In this document: piece after piece, positions 1-17,234 of the stretch | How the letters are laid out: each line of letters starts with the position of its first letter | Position numbering within the stretch: the stretch's first letter is position 1 | Assembly (NCBI RefSeq): GCF_009914755.1 | Contig: NC_060928.1 | Origin: the human T2T-CHM13v2.0 reference genome, Homo sapiens | Length of the DNA: 64,000 bases | Reading direction: 5' to 3' (one strand) | Notes under the pieces: generated by a model | Databases searched by the model: none | Told to the model about the DNA's origin: nothing | The model's input: the letters and a program-made list of their open reading frames with translations, nothing else | Program-made: the position numbers and the translations under genes

Positions 1-2569
1 ACCCCACATGTCATTCCTCAACTCCTGACTTTAGTCCTTATCCGTTCTGTCTTCTTTTTGACTTCCAGAGATTTTCTATATTTGTTATACTATTTCCAAT
101 GTATTTCAATTGTCAGGTGGTGATATAGGGAGGAATAGGTCTACTGCCTCTTCTCTGGAACCAGAAGTCAACTCTCATTTAAAAAAATTGCCGATCTTCA
201 CTGTCTGTTCTCTTTCTATCAAATCTTTAATTTAGACATCTTTCCAAGACCTATTCTAGTGCCTCTTAACCCCCTCCCTTTCATTGTCTACAGTTTCTTG
301 ACAGTAACAGTCAACCTCTGGACGAAATCTTAATTTCCATTTAAATAATTCCTCAGTTTCTCAGTTTATACTTCTAGCGTAAATCTCAGAACTTTATTTT
401 CATATTTTCATTTGGATATCTTCTCCAAGGTTTTTTTATATATATTTTTATCTGGATATTTCCTTAGAACTTTGTTTTCATATTTTCATCTCGATACCTT
501 CTCTAAAATAGCCCAACGACACATCAGATTAAATTATTTTGTAACAAGGGCAATATCTTGGAAATAACAATAAGCTTTTTTTCCTGCCTTCTAAGTAGAA
601 GAGATGCTCATCTGCCTATTGGACAAAGATGGTTTCATAGAGGATGAGGAAAGACTGAAGAAAAAAAGAGCAACATTCTGATGTTCCACATGGGATTTTT
701 ACAGTAAAAACTTGAAACGTAAAGTTTGAGAAGAAAGAATTTTCTAAATTCCTTTAACCTTCATTTAGCATTATTAAGGCCCAGGCAAGGAAAACCTAAT
801 TGTGAAATCTCTCCCATAGTCCACCAGTCTACTATACACTCTCAGCCATGAAGTGAAATTCAAGAACAAGGTTATTAATTGAAGGATGTAAAAGAGAAGC
901 CTGCCCCTTTTGGATCTAGGAGGTTATTGAAATGGGTTGCAGACTGCAGAAAGGAATGGAGAGCTCAGTGTCAAGGATCATGTTTTCAAGTCTCCTCTCT
1001 TCTCCTGGGCCAACCCTAAGGAGGTTGTATGGTAGCCTTGGAAGTATCTAGGGGCTTAGTGGAGGCAAGGCAAGGGAAGAAGGCTTTTAGTCTTCTTTTG
1101 AAGAACATTGTTCTCAGGTTGTGTCTGTACCAATTCAACTCTAAAATTTTATAAGAAGTGTAATATTTGTCAACTCAGCATGATAGTGTTTTAATCTGAT
1201 CCCCCCACTAATCCTTGTAACTGTTATTGTTTTGAAAAATAGCCCCTCTCTCTATTGAATATGTACTATATGTATCCCCTCCTGTGACAGAGGAAATCTC
1301 ATTGTGAATTCTGCATATGCATATGTCTGTTAATGTTCCATCCATTAGGAGATTGATGATGTGGAAGTTTAACGAAGGATGAAAGACAAGCTGTACCCAG
1401 GTGTGCAGAAAGGAATGAGTCAGGTACACAAGAGAAATCACTAGGAGTTAGTGCCAGAGGCAAAAAAAAAAACTGAGAAATCAATGAAGAAAAGAAGTTG
1501 GAAAGCCTGTAGAACTGCAAAGTTTGGGACTAAAATGCTGGGAACTTGGGCATGAGAGGACATTTCTACTTAGGCATCAGAACCAGAATTAGCTACCCAC
1601 TTCTTTAGTTGCCCAGGAACCTAGAGATGAAGCAGCAGAAAGACAGAAATATTTCTAAAGTGTTAAAAGAAAAAAAGGAGAAGCATAAAAACAGAATCAA
1701 ATTTGAAAAGAATGTAATGTGGCATAGGCTTAGCCAAAAGTAATTTAACAGATGGCAAAATGTATAAGATGCATAATGTGATCCTGAGCAGTGACTATCA
1801 AATATTCTGTAAAGTCTTCTAAGCCCATGAATACTTTGTGGGGAAACATTTTGATGTGTGGAAACTGGAGAAGGGCTATTTTTATGTCTACATTCATGTA
1901 GCATAAAGCAAAGGCAGCCCTTGAGAATTCAAGATCTAGAGCACTGTAACCCACCAGAAATCTCTAGAACATTGGAGCAAGCCTTGGAAATTTACCACCT
2001 CAGGAGTTGGTAGAGAATGAGGATACAAGGTGTTATTGGGATACATGTGAAGAAGAAAGAGGAGCAATAGGCTTAATGAATGGGCTGGATTCAGTGGTAT
2101 ATACAGCAAAGATTCATTTTATTTTTCACCAAAAGTGTTTTCAGATTTATTCTGTGGGATCTGCCCGCTTTTTCTCTGGACAATATCATAGACATAGTTT
2201 TCTAATGTCATCATCCATAAAAATAGTTTTATGGTAATTCAAATTCATGCTCAGTACTTAAAAGCCCAATGTGTTCTAAATCTAATCTTTAGTGTCATGT
2301 GCAACTATTATTATTAGATAAAGCCTCACTTTACCTTTGGGGAAGGGAGCTGTGATCTGTTTTGTTTACTTTTTACTCTTTTGAACCTACCTTCTCCCCT
2401 ATCTGTTTTCTTGTTTGGGGGAAAGGGAAAAAATACTAAAGGAAGAGGAAACAACAGTCTTACGTGATTAATCATGCCTAGTATTCCATCAATTCAACCA
2501 ACCCCTTTGGTTATAAATGGTGTCTAATAACAGCAGCTAAATTTTCTATCTAAAATTTTTCCAGCCCCT

Positions 2570-2770
2570 ACTAAATGCTAAGCAGTGTACATTTTACATG
2601 CATACCACATTTTTTTTTTTGTAACAACCTTACTCTTACTTCCATCACATAGATAAGGGAACAAGTACTTAAAAGGTTAAGTCTCTTTCCCCAAAGTCAC
2701 ATTTTTACTGCTTAGGTAGGCTAGATCTTACACCCTTTATTATAAGACCAAAGACTGCATTTAATGCCTA
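2570..2770 (-). mobile_element. MIR SINE, degenerate
   Basis: MIR-core-like 'cacatagataagggaac...aaaaggttaagtctctttccccaaagtcaca'; boundaries approximate. Confidence 0.5.
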
Positions 2771-2899
2771 TTCCTCTTAGATTTCACTTTTCAAGTTTCA
2801 TTCTATCATTCTCACCCATTAGGCCTCCTTCCAGTCTTGTTTCTGTCATCCCACATATTAAAACTTCTTCCTAGCTCTTGAGACCTGCCATTCGATAAT

Positions 2900-3100
2900 A
2901 CCTCCAGTGACATCATCCTGATTATAGATAAAATGATGAACAGATTGGTACCAAGCACGGAACCCTGAGGTCTTTTTCCATGAAGCTTCCAATTTGCTAT
3001 ATCAATTCATCATTCAACATTCTGTAAGGGTCATTGATTAATTGATCATGTATTACCTCTCATTAATCTCATTTTTCTTCACCTGGTCCACAGATTTTGT
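2900..3100 (-). mobile_element. Possible CR1/L3 LINE fragment
   Basis: 'aaaatgatgaacag...ccaagcacggaaccctgagg' resembles the antisense L3/CR1 RT region; very diverged. Confidence 0.35.
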
Positions 3101-4297
3101 TAAATTCTTTCTGCTTTTCTTCTATAACACCTCTATCTCCAAGATAAGAATGAATTTACTATTCCATGGACTGATGTGGTGATGGTAGTGGGAAGGGGAA
3201 AGTTATGCAGAATACAATGTAAATGTGAATTCTTTATAAATAATTATTGATTTGCAAAGCTCTAAAACATCTCAGAAGGCATCCCCATACGTTCTCCTCT
3301 GTACAGGTGGGTTAATTAATTTATTCAGTTCTTAAATCTCTAAAGGTTCTTATGCTTCTTGTTAACAAAATCTAGTGCCAGATATGTGAATTTTCATAAT
3401 GTCAAAAGTTCTGCATAAGTTCCTTTTGGTTATTTAATCTAATATTTTCTTATTCTGTCATTTCCAAGGGATGTTTAACAGGGGAGTCTGATATTTATTT
3501 TATAACATAAAACTTACAAGTATACCTGGAAAATATCTATCTTCTTTCACTAACCTATTATGGATCCATTGATGACAAATTTAATAAAATATCTCTTGCA
3601 CATATTTATTTTTTAGTTTAACTCTTTAAGTTGGTGTGTTCCATATGTTTACTACTTAACTGCTCAAAGTAAGTCTCTTGTAACCCTTTGATAATGCTAG
3701 TTTTTGAAAATAGGAATAGCACATACCTTGGAAATAAGTAAACTTATACATGTTTTAATGGTGTATGGTTTTTGTGTTTCTGGAGATATAATTGGATTTG
3801 AGATATAACAACGTTTATGAAATATTTATCAAGCATGTACTATTTACACAGTACCTTATCCACAGCAGATGCCTAAAAAATATTTGTTTAAAAATGCTTA
3901 CGTGTTATCAAAGCAATCTAGTGCATTTCATTTTCTCTATTATGAACCTTTGTTGAGTTTGAGTGTACATTTCTTCTAATATCTTATTATTTGGCAGATA
4001 ATTCCATTTCTAAAACTTTCAGGATCTTATAGACTTCAATTCTGTATATTTAAAATTGTACTTTCTAAACTGAAGTTCTGTTGACTCCAGTATAGTTTTA
4101 CATGAGAGATAAGCCTATTCTTGCCTATTACAGTTGTCCATATCTAAATTTTTGCCAAAGCGATTATGTTCTTTCTGTTATACAATAATTAATTGGGATG
4201 TAAGCTTTCAGGTGTATGTGACCATTGCTCTTTGTTTAAGAACATCTTAAGACTTTTTCTGTTCGTTTTTATTTCTGTTATTAACTCTAAGATGACT

Positions 4298-4599
4298 TCT
4301 TTTTTTTGGGGGGGGGGACGGAGCCTCGCTTTGTTGCCCAGGCTGAGTGCAGTGGTGCGATCTTGGCTCACTGCAAGCTCCGCCTCCCAGGTTCACACCA
4401 TTCTCCTGCCTCAGCCTCCTGAGTAGCCGGGACTATAGGCGCCTGCTACCACGCCCGACTAATTTTTTGTATTTTTTTAGTAGAGACGGGGTTTCACCGC
4501 GTTAGCCAGGATGGTTTCGATCTCCTGACCTCGTGATCCACCCGCCTCGGCCTCCCAAAGTGCTGCTGGGATTACAGGCGTGAGCCACTGCGCCCGGCC
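4298..4599 (-). mobile_element. AluY SINE
   Basis: Full dimeric Alu with AluY diagnostics (ctgcaagctcc, ccattctcc, gttagccaggatggt..cgatctcctgacctcgtga); degenerate TSD taagatgact (4288)/tgagatgact (4600). Confidence 0.93.
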
Positions 4600-7384
4600 T
4601 GAGATGACTATTTTAAGAAATATTTCTACCTATTAAACACTGGTTTAATGCATTAGAATCAAAGAGTCATTATAGTATCTAAACTAGACCTCATCTGTTC
4701 TAAAATCTTTTTTTTGTTGTTGTTGTTCTTTAATGAATGGATACAGTTTAACCACTATTTGCCAGAAATACTAATCATTTACATCATTAAAAATTCACAT
4801 TACAGTCACTGTCATGCTTTTTTTTTCAGAGTAAATTAATGTACATCTTTCTGTATATTCTCAAGCCTACTTATACAGTCTCAAAATGATGTATCTCTGT
4901 TTGTTAAGCCCAGGTGCTTCAGATATATGTGTATATTATGTTTGTCCCCAATTTAAAGACTAACAAATTTTTAAAACTTAGAAAGGAAAAATAGTAAACT
5001 TCATATAAACGGTACAATAATGTATGTATTATTTTCTGTAATTACATATAATTTAAATATATTAGAAAATCATTGAAAATTTGGATCTGGATGCTGCTTT
5101 ATCAAGACAACAAACAGGAAACTTATTCTTAAAATCAGAATTAAATACTCTATGCAATGCTATCATCCTTTAACAATTTTCAGACAAAAGAGACTCTTGG
5201 GCTGGCCCCACACATGCACCTAACATTTCTCTGGAGTTTTCATTACTTATTCTAAGAAGCTCTTGTTCAGTGAATATATTTTTTGGCTGTTATTAAATTT
5301 GGGTTACTAGTTTCTCAGGTTTGCTTTGAGATCTCTGAGGGAAAAATCCAGGGCTTCAACATTAGCTACCCAATGCAGAATGTCTGGTTTCAAAACAATG
5401 CACAGGGAAATGTGACCCTGTGCTTGGGAACTGAAACCTTGCCAATTGCACTGAAGTGTTACATTCATTATGTCATACCACACACATCTGATAAGGGAAG
5501 ACATAATGCTGTTGGATAGGTTCTTGTATACAAAAACTCTATAGGTCAAGTAAAGAGCTGTTTTTCATTTAATAACTGAACTATGCAGGTGCTAATTTAG
5601 ACCATATGCAGGACAATGCAGAAATATGTTACTCCACAGTGGAATGGTTGTGTGTGGGGTGGGGGGTGGGTGAGAGAGAGCAAATTGGTATTAAAGGGAA
5701 TTTTTTGATTAATTAAGGTGCCTGTGCTCTGGTTAGTTTAAACCAGGGAGTTCAATTGACATAACTTTGTAAAAAATAAGCTTGCAGAAAACTGTCATAA
5801 TGCTGAATTTTTTTTCCTGTTCCTTCTCTTCACACACCCTGACTTTTTGAAGGTCCCCATGGACCAGTTCATTTGAGAGAAACATATTGGACACTGGGAA
5901 AGGCCAAATTAGGGCTGAGGCAGAAATTGATTCCCTCATTAAATATGCCTGCCATGGGATCTACATAGTGTATCTGGCACAAGTAATACAGAATGATTCA
6001 GGTTCTTAATATATTTCATCTTCTTGTGGGAACTAAGTTAGAAAAAGAACCCCAGATGTAAGATGCTAAGAATGATTTTCACAGTTTAATTGAAAATTTA
6101 CACTGACCAACCAAGTATAGCATACATGTTGAAGATTAAATAAATCCATGGGAACTTTAATGAAAAAAAAAAATTAATGCTATTGGAATCAAACCCTAAA
6201 AGAACTCCTTAGATTGTTACCCTAATAGTGAAATAAACATTGCATAACCTTCTACTCATGAGTGGCAATTGCTCATGAATTCTGTCTGGCCATTCCCACA
6301 CCAAAGAGATGCTATTATTTCTTGACTTATGTCTATGATGAAAAGAGGGCTTAGAGAGCAGAAGAAGGGAGGAGCCTTTGGCTCAGAGAGTGTCAGGCCA
6401 CTTGGTGGATTATGCTTCTCTAGATTTCTGTGCTTTCTTTTGCCTCTTTTTTGAGGCTATGTTATAAAAATACTTTCATATGTGTTGCAAGTGTTACTCT
6501 CTGACTTCTTCAAAACATCAGGAGAACTAAACAAATCTTCCATTTATTATATTTATACAAATCCTACTGAATATAGAAATGCTGCCCGAGTTCTCATAAT
6601 TTCATGCTTTTACCGCTGTTAATCAACTGTGGGGTTCACAGTATAGTGGCAGGAAATGAATGCAGCACCAAATTCCAAGGAGCCAGAAGATTTTGGTAGA
6701 AGATAATTATTAATCTTTCTTTGGTGCTTAACCAGGAGGATGGCCTTTCTTGAGCGTAGATTTCTCTTGTGATGTGAAGCAGCTGTCTTGCAGAATGAAA
6801 ATATGGACAAATTCCTGCCAAAGATGCCTATGAAAACTACAGCACAGTGATTTGGTGGCATGTGCGTGGTATAACATTTCTGTTCCTTCCTTTACACTTC
6901 CAGCTGAAACCTCCTGACTGATGAGTCTTATATACCTGTTCCTACATTCCTATAGCTTTCAAATTAGATGTATTCCCTCTAATATACCCATATATGTCAG
7001 TCTTATAAATTCCAACGGCAAATACTTTGCAAATGTTACTCTTCTTCCTTAGAAAACATTTTTGCCTGTTAAACAAAACCTGAACCCCAGCTAGACATTC
7101 AAGTCATTCCAACATCTGGCCCAACTTACCAGCCAACTTTCTCTCCTACTGATCTCCAATATGAATCTCCACTCAAGCCAGTACATCCCATCACAAGACT
7201 TCTTGCCTCTAACCTGAGCTCTCTCAATTCAACTTCCCTGGAATGTGCTTCTCTCTTCTTTCTGTTTATTAAATCCCCATATTTCACACTCCCGTGTCAC
7301 ACCCCAGCTCTACCACTCGTGATCTCCTCAGCCTTAGAACTCTTGAAGTTTTTTTTTATAGTATCTCAGAATTTCATACCTAAT

Positions 7385-7470
7385 AGGAGCTTTGTAAATG
7401 ATCCATCTTAATGTCCTCATTTTATAAATAAGAAAACTGAGACCTATGGAAGATAAAATTACTAGCTAAA
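7385..7470 (-). mobile_element. MIR core fragment
   Basis: 'cctcattttataaataagaaaactgagacct' is the MIR core. Confidence 0.55.
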
Positions 7471-7649
7471 ATTGCAATTGTAGAAAATTTTAAGGATAAA
7501 CTGAGGGAGAATTTCAACTGAGGTGAGCCATTGCAGTTGTAAATTCTTTGAGATCAGGGTTTGAGTCTTATATCCAACACTGAAAAAGCATGTACATGCT
7601 TTGTAAATAATTTGTTGATTACATCCTGATCAGATTGACATGATAGAAT

Positions 7650-8159
7650 TTAGTGACCATTTTTATTCATCTGAAGGCTGTCTAAAACACAGAGCAGGGC
7701 ATTCTGGAGGGAGGAGGCAAGATGGCCGAATAGGAACAGCTCCGGTCTACAGCTCCCAGCGTGAGCGACGCAGAAGACACGTGATTTCTGCATTTCCATC
7801 TGAGGTACCGGGTTCATCTCACTAGGGAGTGTCAGACAGTGGGCGCAGGTCAGTGGGTGCGCGCACCGTGCGCAAGCCGAAGCAGGGCGAGGCATTGCCT
7901 CGCTGGGGAAGCACAGGGGGGTCAGGGAGTTCCCTTTCATAGTCAAAGAAAGGGGTGACAGACGGCACCTGGAAGAAAGGGTCACTCCCACCCGAATACT
8001 GCGCTTTTCCGAAGGGCTTAAAAAACGGCGCACCAGGAGATTGTGTCCCGCACCTGGCTCGGAGGGTCCTACACCCACGGAGTCTCGCTGATTGGTAGCA
8101 CAGCAGTCTGAGATCAAACTGCAAGACGGCAGCGAGGCTGGGGGAGGGGCGCCCGCCAT
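7650..8159 (-). CDS. L1 antisense ORF0, C-terminally extended (169 aa)
   Basis: ATG at 8159; MAGAPPPASLPSCSLISDCCATNQRDSVGVGPSEPG matches the ORF0 N-terminus; frame open to TAA at 7650-7652, outside the element; translation unproven. Confidence 0.6.
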   Translation of the reverse strand: MAGAPPPASLPSCSLISDCCATNQRDSVGVGPSEPGAGHNLLVRRFLSPSEKRSIRVGVTLSSRCRLSPLSLTMKGNSLTPLCFPSEAMPRPASACARCAHPLTCAHCLTLPSEMNPVPQMEMQKSRVFCVAHAGSCRPELFLFGHLASSLQNALLCVLDSLQMNKNGH

Positions 8160-8618
8160 TGCCCAGGCTTGCTTAGGTAAACAAAGCAGCCGGGAAGCTC
8201 GAACAGAGTGGAACCCACCACAGCTCAAGGAGGCCTGCCTGCCTCTGTAGGCTCCACCTCTGGGGGCAGGGCACAGACAAACAAAAAGACAGCAGTAACC
8301 TCTGCAGACTTAAGTGTCCCTGTCTGACAGCTTTGAAGAGAGCAGTGGTTCTCCCAGCATGCAGCTGGAGATCTGAGAATGGGCAGAATGCCTCCTCAAG
8401 TGGGTCCCTGACCCCTGACCCATGAGCAGCCTAACTGGGAGGCACCCCCCTAGCAGGGGCAGACTGACACCTCACACAGCCGGCCGGGTACTCCAACAGA
8501 CCTGCACCTGAGGGTCCTGTCTGTTAGAAGGAAAACTAACAAACAGAAAGGACATCCACAGCAAAAACCCATCTGTACATCACCATCATCAAAGACAGAA
8601 GTAGATAAAACCACAAAG
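7706..8618 (+). promoter_or_regulatory. L1 5'UTR internal sense promoter and antisense promoter; YY1 site intact
   Basis: CAAGATGGCCG at 7718-7728; many CpGs retained in an otherwise CpG-poor window. Confidence 0.85.
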
Positions 8619-9634
8619 ATGGGGAAAAAACAGAGCAGAAAAACTGGAAACTCTAAAAAGCACAGCACCTATCCTCCTCCAAAGGAACGCAGTTCCTCAC
8701 CAGCAACGGAACAAAGCTGGACGGAGAATGACTTTGAGAAGCTGAGAGAAGAAGGCTTCAGATGATCAAATTACTCCGAGCTACGGGAGGACATTCAAAC
8801 CAAAGGCAAAGAAGTTGAAAACTTTGAAAAAAATTTAGAAGAATGTATAACTAGAATAACCAATACAGAGAAGTGCTTAAAGGAGCTGATGGAGCTGAAA
8901 ACCAAGGCTCGAGAACTACGTGAAGAATGCAGAAGCCTCAGGAGCCGATGCGATCAACTGGAAGAAAGGGTATCAGCGATGGAAGATGAAATGAATGAAA
9001 TGAAGCGAGAAGGGAAGTTTAGAGAAAAAAGATAAAAAGAAACGAGCAAAGCCTCCAAGAAATATGGGACTATGTGAAAAGACCAAATATACGTCTGATT
9101 GGTGTACCTGAAAGTGACGGGGAGAATGGAACCAAGTTGGAAAGCACTCTGCAGGATATTATCCAGGAGAACTTCCCCAATCTAGCAAGGCAGGCCAACA
9201 TTCAGATTCAGGAAATACAGAGAACTCCACAAAGATACTCCTCGAGAAGAGCAACTCCAAGACACATAATTGTCAGATTCACCAACGTTGAAATGAAGGA
9301 AAAAATGTTAAGGGCAGCCAGAGAGAAAGGTCGGGTTACCCTCAAAGGGAAGCCCATCAGACTAACAGCGGATCTCTCGGCAGAAACTCTACAAGCCAGA
9401 ACAGAGTGGGGGCCAATATTCAACATTCTCAAAGAAAAGAATTTTCAACACAGAATTTCATATCCAGCCAAACTAAGCTTCAAAAGTGAAGGAGAAATAA
9501 AATACTTTACAGACAAGCAAATGCTGAGAGATTTTGTCACCACCAGGCCTGCCCTACAAGAGCTCCTGAAGGAAGTGCTAAACATGGAAAGGAACAACCG
9601 GTACCAGCCGATGCAAAATCATGCCAAATTGTAA
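8619..9634 (+). pseudogene. L1 ORF1p (RNA-binding chaperone), disrupted
   Basis: ATG 8619 (MGKKQ); CGA>TGA at codon 49 (8763-8765); 1-bp deletion near 9032; C-terminal part open (REKG, YPAKLS intact; ARR>ART); TAA 9632-9634. Confidence 0.93.
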
Positions 9635-9682
9635 AGATCATTGAGACTAGGTAGAAACTGCATCAACTAACAAGCAAAATAA

Positions 9683-13525
<3,843 letters not shown>

Positions 13526-13577
13526 ACAATGAGAACACATGGACACAGGAAGGGGAACATCACACTCTGGGGACTGT

Positions 13578-13601
13578 GGTGGGGTGGGGGAGGGGGGAGG
13601 G
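13578..13601 (+). other. G-rich tract (potential G-quadruplex) of the L1 3'UTR
   Basis: ggtggggtgggggaggggggaggg. Confidence 0.7.
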
Positions 13602-14290
13602 ATAGCATTGGGAGATATACCTAATGCTAGATTACGAATTAGTGGGTGCACCAGCATGGCACATGTATACATATGTAACTAACCTGCACATTGTGCACAT
13701 GTACCCTAAAACTTAAAGTATAATAATAATTTAAAAAAAAAAAAGAAAGAACTGGCATTCTAAAGCAGTACTGAGTGATCTAAGCGTGGCTTGGTCAGAG
13801 AAAGAGGGAATACCCAGTTAATGTGAAGAATCTCCAGTATATAATTTGAATATTAAAGCAATGTCATCTGTTAATAAAAAAAAAAACACAGAGCATTAGC
13901 TTCCATCATTAGAAATTTTGCAATAAAAATTTGTAAAATTTATTCATTAAACTCAGTAGATTATTGCCCTTATGACTTTCATAAAAAGCCAAATGTAGTC
14001 ACTGAGGAAATCATTCCTATGATTTCCCTATTGTTTATATGCAAAGATTGTGAAAAATCTTCTCTTCGTAAAATTATTATGTGTAAAATTGCCACTACCC
14101 TAAAACCTTTGGTGTTTCTGGCTTACAATTTAATATTGGAAATACAACAGTTGATTTCTGAAAGTCACATGTGCAGTGCATTCTTTGGAATCTTCTTTGT
14201 TTGATCACCGTTGAACAACACATGAAGCTTTGTATTTTTTCACCTGAATAAATAGTACCCTGCATTTCACCCTTTGAGGTCAGTACATAC

Positions 14291-14332
14291 GTCTCACAAG
14301 ACAGGCGTTCATCAGCTCTTTTCCTGCCAATT
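14291..14332 (-). other. Candidate 42-nt exon
   Basis: Minus strand: ttttgcttttctttag|AATTGGCAGG...GTGAGAC|gtatgt; multiple of 3; two frames open (IGRKRADERLSCE; LAGKELMNACLVR). Confidence 0.4.
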
Positions 14333-15679
14333 CTAAAGAAAAGCAAAAGCTCAACACCCATGCCACCTGACTGAGAGTGGAGTCTATGTTTTATGTTCTT
14401 ATTCTGCAAGGCCAAATGCTGGTCACCACTAGTTAAATAGGGTAATGTTTTCTCAGTAAGAAAGAACAATGCATATCTATATTATGCTCTCAACTTTGAT
14501 GACTAACATAGTTTCAAAGAAGATGACTTAACAAATACTCTGAGTATTTAAGCTTCATGATAATATGCAGTAACAGGTATGCAGAAGAGTTGCCAATGTC
14601 TGTGTAGTGTTTATGAATTCAGTTGTTATTTGCTAGAATAAAATGGTATTTAATTGATATCTTGAATTCTAACTTGGTAATAGCTCTCTTTCAAATGTTT
14701 CAGCTTTCAATAGGAATAATTGTATTTAATTATCTTTAAATGTCAATTGTGGGTTAGAAGCATATTTTCAATTCTTAGGATGTTTCAAATTATTTACAGA
14801 ATGAATTAAGGTGAAATTGCTAGTTTGTTTTTGATGTGTATTGAATTTTACACTTTGAAAAAATTACTGTGATTGAATTGTGCAGAATGAATATATTATA
14901 AATTTGAGAATTCAAAACAGAAATAAAAGCCTCATTTACATGGCTTAGATGATTCTCCATAACCTGAATTTTTGTTAGATGCAGGAGCCAGATTTTTGGG
15001 GATAAAGTTGTGCTAGCAGTGACCAAATCATTAGGGTTTTCTAACAAACCCTTTACACTCTGGTATTTTGGTATGCCTCATAGTAGCATCATTTTAAAAA
15101 ATGAAGTAGGTATGAAAGCCAAGATAATACAAATATATGGATGGTTTCCATATTTGGGGACAGGATAGTATTTATAGTATTTCTATATTAAGTCCACATC
15201 TCATCCTTCATTTGGATAAAGATTTGATACTTTGTTAAATAATAGCTAGCATGGACTATTTTGGATACTTCTAGATATACTAGAAAATCAATTCCATTAT
15301 CATTATCATATCTTCCAAGTAAAGCCTAGTGATTATTTATGGACTGCTAAAGCCTTATTGCTTAATTTTGTTTTTGACCACCTAGCTTCTTTCTACTAAT
15401 CTTATTCCAGAAATAACTTTCTCACATATAGTTCAGTGTGAAGTCTGATTGCCATTTTCAATAGATACCTTCACTACCCAGATGGGACAAAGCTGTGTCC
15501 TACTCATCTACATGGAGAATAAGACCCGAATGGATGTGGGCTTTTGTGTAAACATTGTTTGTATTGTTTCCCACCATTACATCGTTAAATAAGCCTCTCC
15601 TTTTGTATAGCTATAATTGACTGTATCAAAAATCAACCAGTGTAGACCACATATGCTCTACTACAGTACAAAATACTGA

Positions 15680-15982
<303 letters not shown>

Positions 15983-16053
15983 TGTTTTCTTAAATACTAT
16001 ACTATCTTGGGGATAAAGCCTGTCATATATAGAATTTTTAAAAGAGAAGTAGA

Positions 16054-16342
16054 GGCCGGGTGTGGTGGCTCACACCTGTAATCCCAGCACTTTGGGAGGC
16101 CGAGGTGGGTGGATCATGAGGTCAGACATTTGAGACCAGCCTGGCTAGCTTGGTGAAACCCCATCTCTACTAAAAATACAAAAAATTAGCCTGGCATGGT
16201 GGCACGCACGTGTAATTCCAGCTACTCGGGAGGCTGAGGCAGGAGAATTGCTTGAACCTGGGAGGCGGAGGTTGCAGTGAGCCAGTCACACCACTGCACT
16301 CCAGCCTGGACAACAGAGCTCCGTCTCAAAAAAAAAAAAAAA
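16054..16342 (+). mobile_element. AluS (AluSg-like) SINE
   Basis: ggccgggtgtggtggctcac...poly(A); ggatcatgaggtcag; TSD agaagtaga 16045-16053 / 16345-16353. Confidence 0.92.
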
Positions 16343-16589
16343 GAAGAAGTAGAATTTAATCCACCATGCCTTAACTGTACTAATTTTAAATGAGTCATTT
16401 GTTCAGAGAATAGACAGGAAAATAAGTTATGTTTATGAAGAATAATTATAGTCTTTCTGCAGCATGGGAGAGGTAAACATCCTTTTAAAAGTGATAGATG
16501 GCAATCAAATAACAATAAGAGACAGAAAAACAAATAAAAATAATAAATAAATAAAACAAAAATAAAGTAGCACAATAGTAAAAATACTC

Positions 16590-16990
16590 TTTTTACTTAA
16601 TGTATATTCTACTCAAGGAGACAGACAATAAACACATAAGTTTTTTAAAAACTTAATAATTTCATGTGATAAATGTAAAAGGGAATAAAAACAGGGTGTT
16701 TAATAAAGAGTGAGGGGCAACATTCAAAGGATGATTATGGAAGGCTCCTCTGAGACAGTGACATTGAGGTGAAGTCTGAATGGCTACAAGAACAATGGAA
16801 AGTACGAAGACCTGGAGGCATAAATGAACTTAAGGTGTCTAAAGAATACTAAGTCCAATGTGCTTGGACAGTGATGCATGCTGGGAAGAATAGGATGAAA
16901 TGAAGTTGGGGAAGTAGCCAGAAGCAAATCATATGTGATCTTTATGCATAGACAAGCAGTTAGGATCATATTCTCTTGTCAATGAAAAAG
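16590..16990 (-). mobile_element. L2 LINE fragment
   Basis: 'ggagacagacaataaacac', 'ggaaggctcctctgagacagtgacattgag' are typical antisense L2 3' region. Confidence 0.55.
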
Positions 16991-17090
16991 ATGTTCAGTG
17001 CACTTGAGACATATAAAGGTCTAATATTTTTGTAAAGATTTTAATCAAAGCAGTTAAATCATTAAAAAAATAGTCATTTCTTAAGAGTTA

Positions 17091-17234
<144 letters not shown>

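Noticed and set aside
14095-14469. 124-aa minus-strand ORF as a gene
   Set aside because: Non-ATG start and no homology; only the internal 42-nt exon-like part is kept as a candidate
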